Assembly: GCA_021650915.1 (NCBI GenBank)
Contig: CP091279.1
Location: 2,820,001 to 2,852,000 of the forward strand
DNA: 32,000 nucleotides
Reading direction: 5' to 3'
Origin: Candidatus Brocadia sp.
GTDB lineage: Bacteria > Planctomycetota > Brocadiia > Brocadiales > Brocadiaceae
The position numbers and the translations under genes are program-made. This document shows positions 1-8,033 of this stretch, piece after piece. Position 1 is the stretch's first letter. Each line of letters begins with the position of its first letter. The notes beneath the pieces were generated by a model. That model saw only the letters and a program-made list of their open reading frames with translations. It searched no databases and was not told the origin of the DNA.

Positions 1-265
1 TGCCCTACTACGTCCTCAAACGTTTGGGGACGATATCGGCGTGCTAACACAACATATGACATGAGCTTTTACCTCGATAAGCGCCTATACCAAACCTTCT
101 CTGTATTATTATACTTTTTCGTATGCTTCATATCAATATGCATTCCTTCGTCACGGCAAACAGAGCAGAAAGCGCGGCTTAAACGCGTCGTGACAGAGAT
201 TGAGCAAAAGGCCGTGCACTTTTTTTCGTTCCCATTCCCATGGGTTTGCCTATGCAGTAGGCTCA

Positions 266-364
266 GACCAGACTGACTCACGGCACATAAGGATATATGC
301 TTATGGCTGCTTGCTTCCGCACCTGACCAGGTTCGCACAATCTCTTATTGCATGAGGTCCGGCC
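266..364 (-). ncRNA. ffs: Signal recognition particle RNA (small 4.5S-type); boundaries approximate
   Basis: The minus-strand read of 305-331 is CCUGGUCAGGUGC-GGAA-GCAAGCAGCC. This is the SRP helix 8 / domain IV signature (E. coli 4.5S: CCAGGUCAGGUCC-GGAA-GGAAGCAGCC). It has the GGAA tetraloop (plus-strand ttcc 315-318), the conserved AGG/AGCA symmetric loop, and a compensatory UCC/GGA -> UGC/GCA change in the closing stem. The flanking arms pair by eye (GAUUGUGC with GCAUAUAUC, GCAAUAAG with CUUAUGUGC, GACCUCA with UGAGUC), giving one hairpin of about 100 nt. No covariance model was run. Confidence 0.7.
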
Positions 365-493
365 TTCATCACCCCTTACATCGGCAAGGCTCATGATCTG
401 TGGGTCCTCGAAAAAGCGATTGATCCTGCTATAGCGGGTTGCAGGTTACAAGGAACCGCTAGCTCCCCATCTAGCACGGCCGATTTTATAAAC

Positions 494-586
494 TGGCGGA
501 GAGGGCGGGAGTCGAACCCGCGATACCGATTTTGTCGGTATACGCGCTTTCCAAGCGCGCTCATTCGGCCTCTCTGACACCTCTCC
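494..586 (-). tRNA. tRNA-Ser (anticodon GGA), class II with long variable arm, CCA encoded
   Basis: The reverse complement reads GGAGAGGUGUCAGAGAGGCCGAAUGAGCGCGCUUGGAAAGCGCGUAUACCGACAAAAUCGGUAUCGCGGGUUCGACUCCCGCCCUCUCCGCCA. It has a 7-bp acceptor stem, an anticodon stem CGCGC/GCGCG with loop UUGGAAA (anticodon GGA), a long extra arm, and a GGUUCGA T-loop. Confidence 0.95.
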
Positions 587-836
587 AATGCCTGTCGAAA
601 AATGATACGATAAAATACATAGCGCGGCACAGCCGCAACCAAAAAAGCGCAACCACAAAGAACGTAAGGTTTTACACAAAGATCACAAAGTTTCCAAGAA
701 AACCTTATAGAAAAAGGAAGTTTTTATAGAGTAATACTATAAAGACTTTACCGTTGCATGAGAAATGGGAAGGTTGCGAAGTTGGGAAATTCTTCCAGGC
801 GCACCCTCCTCATTTCCTCGGTTTCGCTATTTTTGC

Positions 837-928
837 TGGCGGAGAGGGTGGGATTCGAACCCACGTCCCGCTGTTATGCGAGAAACGGTTTTCGAGACCG
901 TCCCGATCAACCACTCTGGCACCTCTCC
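837..928 (-). tRNA. tRNA-Ser (anticodon CGA), class II with long variable arm, CCA encoded
   Basis: The reverse complement reads GGAGAGGUGCCAGAGUGGUUGAUCGGGACGGUCUCGAAAACCGUUUCUCGCAUAACAGCGGGACGUGGGUUCGAAUCCCACCCUCUCCGCCA. The anticodon stem is ACGGU/ACCGU with loop CUCGAAA (anticodon CGA). It also has a long extra arm and a GGUUCGAAUCC T-arm. Confidence 0.95.
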
Positions 929-974
929 GACTCATGCGGTTCAATTCATCCAGACCGTTTTAGCTGTCAAGGGG

Positions 975-1445
975 TTATTTCGTCCGGCAATTTTCCAAAA
1001 AGAACTTTTGTAACAAGTGTCTGCATTCGTTGGCAAGGACACCTGGCACAACTTCCAGGCGATGGTTGAACCTGGGCTCCTGTACAAGATTCATTACGGA
1101 GACACACGCCCCCGCCTTTTTATCCACCGTCCCGTAAACAAGGGTATGTACCCTTGACTGTACTAATGCCCCGGCACACATGGCGCAAGGTTCCAGGGTC
1201 ACATAAAGGGTTGTTCCCCGTAAACGCCAGTTTTCCAGAGAGGCGGCAGCTTGTGTTATCGCTATCATCTCGGCGTGGGCAGTGGGATCATTGAGCATTT
1301 CGCGCTGGTTATGAGCACGGGCAATAATGCGATCCTCATGAACAATTACCGCCCCCACCGGCACCTCGTTTTTTTTCACGGCCTTTTCCGCTTCTATGAT
1401 AGCCTGTCGCATGAAATATTCATGCCTTTGCACATCTGTTGCCAT
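975..1445 (-). CDS. tadA: tRNA-specific adenosine deaminase (A34 -> I34 on tRNA-Arg ACG)
   Basis: The ORF track gives 975..1496. The protein carries the CDA-fold zinc motifs HAEMIAI (H-A-E) and PCAMCAGAL (PCxxC), with typical TadA length and N-terminus (MRQAIIEAEKA). I placed the start at the ATG at 1443-1445 (MATDVQRHEYFMRQA...) because the longer ORF runs into the tRNA-Arg gene at 1470-1543. Confidence 0.9.
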   Translation of the reverse strand: MATDVQRHEYFMRQAIIEAEKAVKKNEVPVGAVIVHEDRIIARAHNQREMLNDPTAHAEMIAITQAAASLENWRLRGTTLYVTLEPCAMCAGALVQSRVHTLVYGTVDKKAGACVSVMNLVQEPRFNHRLEVVPGVLANECRHLLQKFFLENCRTK

Positions 1446-1469
1446 AAACGTTCTGTCAGAAGAGTAAAA

Positions 1470-1543
1470 CGCGCCCAGGAGGATTTGAACCTCCAACCTC
1501 CGGATTCGTAGTCCGTGACTCTATCCAATTGAGCTATGGGCGC
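1470..1543 (-). tRNA. tRNA-Arg (anticodon ACG); CCA not encoded
   Basis: The reverse complement reads GCGCCCAUAGCUCAAUUGGAUAGAGUCACGGACUACGAAUCCGGAGGUUGGAGGUUCAAAUCCUCCUGGGCGCG. The acceptor stem is GCGCCCA/UGGGCGC, the anticodon loop is CUACGAA (ACG), and the T-arm is GGAGGUUCAAAUCCUCC. It closely resembles E. coli tRNA-Arg(ACG). Confidence 0.93.
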
Positions 1544-1745
1544 TAACGATAATTCTCCGGCTTGTAAGAGCACCGTCACCGTGCCCTGAACATGGAATTC
1601 CTCAAGCGGTGCCTTTGAAACTCATCTTCACAAAATAGCGGATTCTTAAGTTAAATGCATTTAAAAGCAAAGGATTACTACTCGTGGTAGAGGCGTGTAC
1701 ATCGATAAGCAACGAAGACAAGTATAAGCATATCAAAAGTCAATG

Positions 1746-2465
1746 TCAAGACATAATCCCTTTGTCCTTAAAACTCACAAAACGCTCATTTCCGATGATA
1801 ATATGATCCAAAACCTTTATGCCAACAATATTTCCTGCCTCTAATAGCCGGTTCGTTATTTGGAGGTCTTCTTTACTGGGTTCCGGATCACCTGAAGGGT
1901 GATTATGGACAAAGACCACGGCGGCCGCAGATTCCTTAATTGCCGGATTGAACACCTCACGGGGGTGAACGATGCTTGAGGTAAGACTGCCTGCGGAGAT
2001 TTGCATCTCTTTGATAACGCGGTTTTTATTGTCAAGCAAAACAACCAAAAAGACTTCCTGTTTCTTTCCGCGCAAACGTTCGTGAAAATGGTCAAAGATG
2101 TCATTGCTGCATTTAAATTGCTGAAGGGGTTTTACCGAAATGGTAGAAAACCGTTTTGCAATTGCTAGTGACGCCTTGATTTGTGCTGCCCGCGCCGGAC
2201 CTATCCCTTTTATCTTGCACAATTCACCAACGGATGCCATGCTCAGCCTTCGGAAATCCCCATACTCGGAAAGAAGCTTTTGCGCTAAATCAACGGCGCT
2301 GTAATTGGTCGTGCCGTCACGAATGATGATTCCCAGAAGTTCCGCATCCGTCAGGTGTTCATCGCCGCTTTGGATAAGCCGTTCCCGTGGTCTCTCATGG
2401 GTAGGGAGTTGTTTTATTGTAGGACGTTTCTTGTCTTCCTTCATAACGGTACTGATCTGCCGCAT
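1746..2465 (-). CDS. radC: RadC-family JAB/MPN domain protein with N-terminal helix-hairpin-helix
   Basis: JAMM motif HNHPSGDPEPSKED, HhH segment LCKIKGIGPARAAQI, and N-terminal ERPRERL typical of RadC/YsxA. The start is ambiguous (MRQIS at 2465 or MKEDKK at 2444). Confidence 0.9.
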   Translation of the reverse strand: MRQISTVMKEDKKRPTIKQLPTHERPRERLIQSGDEHLTDAELLGIIIRDGTTNYSAVDLAQKLLSEYGDFRRLSMASVGELCKIKGIGPARAAQIKASLAIAKRFSTISVKPLQQFKCSNDIFDHFHERLRGKKQEVFLVVLLDNKNRVIKEMQISAGSLTSSIVHPREVFNPAIKESAAAVVFVHNHPSGDPEPSKEDLQITNRLLEAGNIVGIKVLDHIIIGNERFVSFKDKGIMS

Positions 2466-2657
2466 GAGGGGCTTGCCGGGATCATGAAAAGGTTATTTCC
2501 TTGCAGATCACCTCTCTGCACCGACAGATTATACTTCAGGAATTCCCCCTGTCAACAAAATGTCTTTGTGAACCCGTGGCCGAAAAAATATTTGATTAAA
2601 CGTCCTGCCTTGTTTATAGTACCATGGAGCGGAAAAAATTCTTTAGGAGATTTACCC

Positions 2658-3224
2658 ATGCACACCCCCGATTCGGTTATGCCTGAATTTCAGATGGCTA
2701 TGACGCCGCATCAGAATCTTGCTGATGTGTGCAATGTATTGATCAAAAAAGCGATAGAACTTGGCTGTGTGCAGGCGGCGGTTATTCATACCAACACCAT
2801 CAGTGTTGCTCGATGGGTCCAATTGAAATGCAAATACGGATGTGAAGCATACGGAAAAAAACTCACCTGTCCGCCCCACTCACCTTCGTTTGAAGAAATG
2901 AAAGAGATTCTCAGGGAATATACCCGGGCGCTGCTTCTCCGCGGACACCTGAGCTGGCAGATGCGGTATATCACGGCAGAAATCGAAAAGATGGCATTTT
3001 CCCTGGGCTTTTATAAAGCCTTTGGGCTGGGAGCAGGTCCTTGCAAATTATGCGAGGATTGCGATACCTCGCATGCCTGTGTTCGCACGACGGAAGCACG
3101 GCCTTCGATGGAGGCATGTGGTATCGACGTCTATCAAACGGTAAGAAACCATAATTTCAAAATTGAGACGCTGAAAAGCAAGGACGACGAAGTGAATATC
3201 TACGGTCTGATCTTACTGGAATAA
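2658..3224 (+). CDS. DUF2284-like predicted metal-binding protein (Cys-rich)
   Basis: The ORF track gives 2355..3224, but its first ~100 codons are antisense to radC. AGGAGA lies 7 nt upstream of the ATG at 2658. Cys motifs CKYGCEAYGKKLTCPP and CKLCEDC...C match my recollection of the DUF2284 family. Confidence 0.65.
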   Translation: MHTPDSVMPEFQMAMTPHQNLADVCNVLIKKAIELGCVQAAVIHTNTISVARWVQLKCKYGCEAYGKKLTCPPHSPSFEEMKEILREYTRALLLRGHLSWQMRYITAEIEKMAFSLGFYKAFGLGAGPCKLCEDCDTSHACVRTTEARPSMEACGIDVYQTVRNHNFKIETLKSKDDEVNIYGLILLE

Positions 3225-3242
3225 ATTTTCAAAGTTTATAAT

Positions 3243-3938
3243 TTGCTGAACAAATTACAAGCAACCTTAATGAAACAAAAATTAACCATCGCCTCATTGA
3301 TTAAAGAAGCAAAAGCATTTTGTGAACAGGAATCAAAATTTGATAATCGAGATCTATTTGGAATAACCGATGGTAAGGCTGTTGGCACATTCATAGAACA
3401 TAAATTCCAAGATTTCCTTTCTTCTAAATATGAATATATAATTGGTTCTTCAGCAAATGGAATTGATATGCCTTCCGAAGATTTAAATACTGATATAAAG
3501 GTAACATCTATCAAACAACCTCAATCTTCTTGTCCTTTCAGAAATGCAAGACAAAAAATATATGGTCTCGGATATAATTTATTGGTATTTGTCTATGATA
3601 AAAATGACGATCCAGTCACAAAGACAGCAAGGCTTAATTTTGTAAGTTGTTCATTTATTGACAAAAACAGAACTGCAGATTATCAAGTAACACGAACCAT
3701 CCGGCAAATGTTAGAAAATAATGCAAATGCCGACGATATTATTGCATATTTAACTGACAGAAATCTTCCCACCGACGAAATCACAATAAATCAACTGGCA
3801 GATGAGATATTACACACGAAACCAAAGCAAGGGTATTTAACGATATCGAATGCATTGCAATGGCGATTACAATATGGACGTATTGTAGAGCTAGTAGAAA
3901 ATGTAGATGGAATAATTCGCATAATCAGTAAAATATAA
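3243..3938 (+). CDS. Putative type II restriction endonuclease (PD-(D/E)XK fold candidate), family unassigned
   Basis: ORF in AT-rich DNA, ending 10 nt upstream of a DNA methyltransferase on the same strand. Candidate catalytic motif GIDMPSEDLNTDIKVTS (D ... D-x-K), preceded by a GK-x-x-G-x-x-x-E segment (TDGKAVGTFIEHKF) reminiscent of MutH/Sau3AI-type nucleases. The track start is TTG at 3243; ATG at 3270 (MKQKLT...) is an alternative. Confidence 0.5.
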   Translation: MLNKLQATLMKQKLTIASLIKEAKAFCEQESKFDNRDLFGITDGKAVGTFIEHKFQDFLSSKYEYIIGSSANGIDMPSEDLNTDIKVTSIKQPQSSCPFRNARQKIYGLGYNLLVFVYDKNDDPVTKTARLNFVSCSFIDKNRTADYQVTRTIRQMLENNANADDIIAYLTDRNLPTDEITINQLADEILHTKPKQGYLTISNALQWRLQYGRIVELVENVDGIIRIISKI

Positions 3939-3948
3939 ATATTATCAC

Positions 3949-5760
3949 ATGAAGACAGCCTTTCAACATGTCAATACTGTTACAATCAATTTCTTTAGAG
4001 AGAAAGTTGGTAGGATAACCGATTACCGAGAAGCAAACGAACTATTAATTCAGCTATCGGGCATTGATAGTTTTTTTAGAAACAAGGACGAATTTTTAAC
4101 TTTTTTGGATTTATTGAAACCGTGTTCGGTAGTTTGTGAGGGGATAGCCCGACGGGAATATGGAGATTTTCAAACACCTCTAGAATTGAGTAACACAATA
4201 TGTTCATATTTAGCTAGCGAAGACATATTACCAGATGTGATAATCGAACCAACATTCGGAAAAGGTTCCTTTATAATATCCGCTTTAAGACATTTTTCTC
4301 AAACAAAACGAATTTACGGAGTAGAAATTTACGAACCGTATTATTGGCTAACGAAGTTTCTCATACTTGAACTGTTCATCAACACACCAAATCTAAACAA
4401 ACCCAAAATCTTTCTTTACTGTGATGATATCTTTAATTTTGATTTTAGCTCAATCGAAAAATCAATTGAGACTCACAGTATTCTGGCATTGGGCAACCCG
4501 CCTTGGGTTACTAATTCAGAGTTGAGCACTTTAAATTCATCTAATCTTCCTGCAAAAAGCAATTTTAAGTTTTATAAGGGCTTTGAAGCTATCACCGGAA
4601 AGGGAAACTTTGACATCGGCGAGTACATTATTCTGATGATGTTCAAATTGTTTTCAAAATATTACGGGCATATGGCCATGTTAGCGAAGAACTCTGTTAT
4701 CAAGAATGTAATATACGATCTTCCCAAAATGAATTATAGAATTGGCGACATGGTTGCACTGAAGATCGATACAAAATATTTTTTTAACGCCGCAGTTGAA
4801 GCCTCGTTATTCAAATGCAGCTTTAAATCACGTAGTTCTTCTACGATTTGCAAAGTATCTTTGCTAAATTCTCCTCACTTAGTTGAAAATGAATTTGGCT
4901 GGGTAGGCAATAAATTTGTTTCCGATGTATCCCTTTATGAAAAACACAAAAAATTCGATGGAGTGTGCTCCTATATTTGGAGGCAGGGAGTTAAACACGA
5001 CTGCTCTAAAATTATGGAACTCGACATGGTAAATAACAAATATTTCAACGGATTCGAAGTGGAAGTAAACCTCGAAGACGATTTAGTCTACGGTTTAGTC
5101 AAAAGCTCAGACTTGCGCTTACCAGTTATAACAAAGCCACGAAAGTATGTTGTTATAACCCAAAAAAAAATTGGTGAGGGCACTTCTTATTTGCAGGATA
5201 AATTTCCAAATCTTTATAAATATTTATCTGAAAATGAGCAGTATTTTTTACAAAGAAAATCGAGTATTTATGTAGGCAAAGCGCCGTTTTCTATATTTGG
5301 TGTAGGAGATTATTCTTTCAAACCTTATAAAGTAGCAATATCGGGGTTATACAAACGTTCTACTTTTTCTTTAATTTTGCCTTACAAAGGTAAACCGATG
5401 ATGTTAGATGATACATGCTATTTTCTTGGGTTCGACTATATTTCTGAGGCAATAATAATCTGGGCAATTCTCAATAGCGAATATATCCAAAAGCTCCTTA
5501 CGGTAATCACATTTCTGGATTCAAAACGTCCTTACACAAAAGAAGTTCTAATGCGTCTTAGCCTTAATGAAGTGGCGGAGTATCTTACATTTGATCAAAT
5601 TAAAGACATTATAAAACTCTTACCTACAAACATGCCAATTTATCTAACGAAAAATGAATGGAATGAATTTCTTGCAAAAGACAAAAACAAAAGACTAAAG
5701 CCAAAACAGCTCGCATTATTTGAGACATTACACAATGTGAAACAGGGAGGCATCTTTTGA
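3949..5760 (+). CDS. N6-adenine DNA methyltransferase (gamma-class, Eco57I/TaqI-like with C-terminal target-recognition domain)
   Basis: Substrate-adjacent motif YGDFQTP, SAM-binding motif I IIEPTFGKGSFI, and catalytic motif IV LGNPPWV (NPPW). The motif I -> IV order and long C-terminal half resemble TaqI_C-type specificity domains. Confidence 0.85.
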   Translation: MKTAFQHVNTVTINFFREKVGRITDYREANELLIQLSGIDSFFRNKDEFLTFLDLLKPCSVVCEGIARREYGDFQTPLELSNTICSYLASEDILPDVIIEPTFGKGSFIISALRHFSQTKRIYGVEIYEPYYWLTKFLILELFINTPNLNKPKIFLYCDDIFNFDFSSIEKSIETHSILALGNPPWVTNSELSTLNSSNLPAKSNFKFYKGFEAITGKGNFDIGEYIILMMFKLFSKYYGHMAMLAKNSVIKNVIYDLPKMNYRIGDMVALKIDTKYFFNAAVEASLFKCSFKSRSSSTICKVSLLNSPHLVENEFGWVGNKFVSDVSLYEKHKKFDGVCSYIWRQGVKHDCSKIMELDMVNNKYFNGFEVEVNLEDDLVYGLVKSSDLRLPVITKPRKYVVITQKKIGEGTSYLQDKFPNLYKYLSENEQYFLQRKSSIYVGKAPFSIFGVGDYSFKPYKVAISGLYKRSTFSLILPYKGKPMMLDDTCYFLGFDYISEAIIIWAILNSEYIQKLLTVITFLDSKRPYTKEVLMRLSLNEVAEYLTFDQIKDIIKLLPTNMPIYLTKNEWNEFLAKDKNKRLKPKQLALFETLHNVKQGGIF

Positions 5761-5855
5761 TGGTATCTATTCTTGTAGAAATGGAAATTTCCTACCAACA
5801 AGTATCGTATCCTACTCATACATAAATTCCAGAACATTTTAGTAAGGGGAAAAAC

Positions 5856-6170
5856 ATGATGACAGATTTTATTAATAAGATGATCAACCTCGGCTTTGGG
5901 GCAGCGCTTCTTACGAAAGAGAATGTCGAAGAAGTCATTGACGAAATGGTAAAAAAAGGGGAGATTAAAAAAGACGAGGCAAAGGCGCGGGCAAGCGATC
6001 TCTTTAAAAAGGTGCTGTCAAGCAAACAGGAGATTGAATCAAAGATCGAAAAGATTGTGGAAAACGCTCTCCATAAGCTGGACATACCCACACGAAAAGA
6101 ACTCCAGGAGATGCAGAAAAAACTAGAAGAGGTTATAAAGAGGCTGGAATCGAGGGAAGACCTGACGTAA
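5856..6170 (+). CDS. Phasin-like small coiled-coil protein (COG3937-type)
   Basis: 104 aa, highly charged and helical, with N-terminus FINKMINLGFGAALLTKE..VEE.VDEMVKKGE typical of the phasin/PHA-regulator-like family. AAGGGGAAAAAC lies upstream of the ATG. The opposite-strand ORF 5816..6226 has a low-complexity Ser/Phe composition and was rejected. Confidence 0.55.
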   Translation: MMTDFINKMINLGFGAALLTKENVEEVIDEMVKKGEIKKDEAKARASDLFKKVLSSKQEIESKIEKIVENALHKLDIPTRKELQEMQKKLEEVIKRLESREDLT

Positions 6171-6270
6171 CAACAGAGTGCCAGGGTAACAAGCGCCAAA
6201 AACCCATGAATACCGATAAATCGCATTCCAAACGAATTTTAACGAATCAGGCTTTTCAGATGGGTAATAC

Positions 6271-7959
6271 ATGCAACTCAGGAAAATAGGACAAAAGATT
6301 CGGGACATACGCCGTTTCAATCAGATCCTCAGAATATTGACCAAGCACGGGTTTGGGTTTGTTATCCAACAGCTTCATCTGGAAGACCATATCATTGGAA
6401 GGGGCATTATCAAAACGCGGATATTGCGCCGTTTTACCGAGCCCCTGGAGTCTCGTGCCGTCCGGCTCAGGAAGGTATTGGAGGAACTCGGCCCCACCTT
6501 TATTAAATTTGGCCAGATCCTCAGCGTTCGGCCGGACCTGATTCCTTTAGACCTCTGCAATGAAATGAGCAAGCTCCAGGACCGTGTTCCTCCCTTTGGT
6601 TACGAAGGCGTCCGGAAGCAGATCAGGGAATCCTTCGGAAAAAATCCGGAAGAATTATTCGCTTCCTTTGATCCGGAGCCCCTGGCGGCTGCTTCCCTCG
6701 GGCAGGTGCATCGGGCGCAACTCGGGACGGGAGAGAGCGTCGTGGTAAAGGTGCAACGTCCCGATATCCGTAAAATGATTGAAACAGACGTCGATATCCT
6801 TTACACCCTTGCCCAGTTGGCGAGCCGATATATGCAGGATATCAAATTTTTTAATCCCGTCGGCATCGTTAACGAATTTTCCAGGGTGATAACAAAAGAG
6901 ATTGATTTTACCTGTGAGGCGCATAATATTGATCGGTTCCGCAAGAACTTTAAGGATTGTGCAACGGTTTGTATTCCTGCCGTCTTTTGGGACTATACCA
7001 GATCAAAGGTCATTACGACGGAGGAAATCAAGGGTGTCCGTCTGAACGACTACTTAAACCAGCCACACACTGCTGAAGAAAAGAAGGCCGTCGCTGCCAA
7101 CGGCGCCAATGCCGTTCTGCAGCAAATATTCGTCGACGGCTTCTTTCATGCAGATCCGCATCCGGGAAACATCTTCATCCTGCCCGATAATGCGGCCGCC
7201 TTCATCGATTTTGGCATGGTAGGCAGGCTTGACGAAGACACGAAGGACGTTATTATAAGCCTCCTGATTGCCGTATCGATGAAAAATATCAATGGTATCC
7301 TGAAGGCGTTGGAAAGACTGGGCACCTTTGTTGAGGAGGACACCTTGCAGGATTTCAAGAATGATATTACTGATTTTTTGGAAAGGTACTACGATATTCC
7401 CTTGAGGCAGATTGATCTGTCTGTCGTACTTCCGCAAACCATTGATCTCATGACGCGGCACAAATTAAAGATACCGCCGCAATTCCACATCTTAATCAAG
7501 ACGCTCGCAACGATAGACGGCGTTGCCAGGCAGTTAGACCCGGACTTTAATACCATAGCGCACACCAGACCCTTTGTAGAGAGGCTGGTGCAGGAGCGAT
7601 ACGATCCGAAGCGCATCATCAGGGAGGTGACATCGTATTCGTCAGAACTCCTGGATATCCTGAGAATAATTCCGCGGGATACTTATGAAATCGTAAAAAA
7701 GATCAAAAGAGGGAAGCTCAAAATCGAATTTGAGCATCAGGGTCTCTCAAAATTTATTTCTGAAATGGACAAATCCAGCAACCGGATTTCGTTTAGCCTC
7801 GTCATATCCGCACTGATTATCGGGTCGTCGCTTATCATTATGACCAATCGCGGTCCCCTCGTATACGGTTTTCCGGTGCTGGGCATCCTGGGATTTGTCT
7901 TCGCAGGTTTTCTTGGACTGGGGCTTGCAATAGGGGTCTTGAAATCCGGCCGTCTGTAA
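6271..7959 (+). CDS. ubiB: UbiB/ABC1 (AarF-domain) atypical protein kinase with C-terminal TM helices
   Basis: Motifs LGPTFIKFGQILSVRPDLIP, AASLGQVHRA, VVVKVQRPDI, HADPHPGNIFI and IDFGMVG. There are two hydrophobic helices at the C-terminus. Confidence 0.9.
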   Translation: MQLRKIGQKIRDIRRFNQILRILTKHGFGFVIQQLHLEDHIIGRGIIKTRILRRFTEPLESRAVRLRKVLEELGPTFIKFGQILSVRPDLIPLDLCNEMSKLQDRVPPFGYEGVRKQIRESFGKNPEELFASFDPEPLAAASLGQVHRAQLGTGESVVVKVQRPDIRKMIETDVDILYTLAQLASRYMQDIKFFNPVGIVNEFSRVITKEIDFTCEAHNIDRFRKNFKDCATVCIPAVFWDYTRSKVITTEEIKGVRLNDYLNQPHTAEEKKAVAANGANAVLQQIFVDGFFHADPHPGNIFILPDNAAAFIDFGMVGRLDEDTKDVIISLLIAVSMKNINGILKALERLGTFVEEDTLQDFKNDITDFLERYYDIPLRQIDLSVVLPQTIDLMTRHKLKIPPQFHILIKTLATIDGVARQLDPDFNTIAHTRPFVERLVQERYDPKRIIREVTSYSSELLDILRIIPRDTYEIVKKIKRGKLKIEFEHQGLSKFISEMDKSSNRISFSLVISALIIGSSLIIMTNRGPLVYGFPVLGILGFVFAGFLGLGLAIGVLKSGRL

Positions 7960-8033
7960 ATCCGGCAGAGGAAGTAGTGATAGATTTGGTCGTAGATAGG
8001 TGTATTTTGTCCAGGGCACAATAAAAATACCTC

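Noticed and set aside
61-338. ORFs 61..276 (+) and 69..338 (-) as protein-coding genes
   Set aside because: They have no RBS and an odd Cys/Phe/Ser-rich composition, and they overlap each other. The 266-364 part is better explained by the SRP RNA on the minus strand. The remainder of 1-265 is left unassigned.
754-1069. Three overlapping plus-strand ORFs (754..963, 758..1069, 765..1013)
   Set aside because: They run antisense across tRNA-Ser(CGA) and the 3' end of tadA. They are artefacts of an ORF-free RNA-gene region.
1446-1579. N-terminal extension of the tadA ORF (to 1496) and ORF 1394..1579 (-)
   Set aside because: Both read through the tRNA-Arg(ACG) gene. The TadA alignment-like N-terminus begins at the ATG at 1443-1445.
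2355-2657. First ~100 codons of track ORF 2355..3224
   Set aside because: This part is antisense to the radC coding region and has no RBS. A good SD plus ATG at 2658 gives a protein of the expected DUF2284 size.
5816-6226. 136-aa minus-strand ORF antisense to the phasin-like gene
   Set aside because: It has a low-complexity Ser/Phe/Leu composition mirroring the Lys/Glu-rich plus-strand gene. The plus-strand ORF has an RBS and a recognisable family-like N-terminus.
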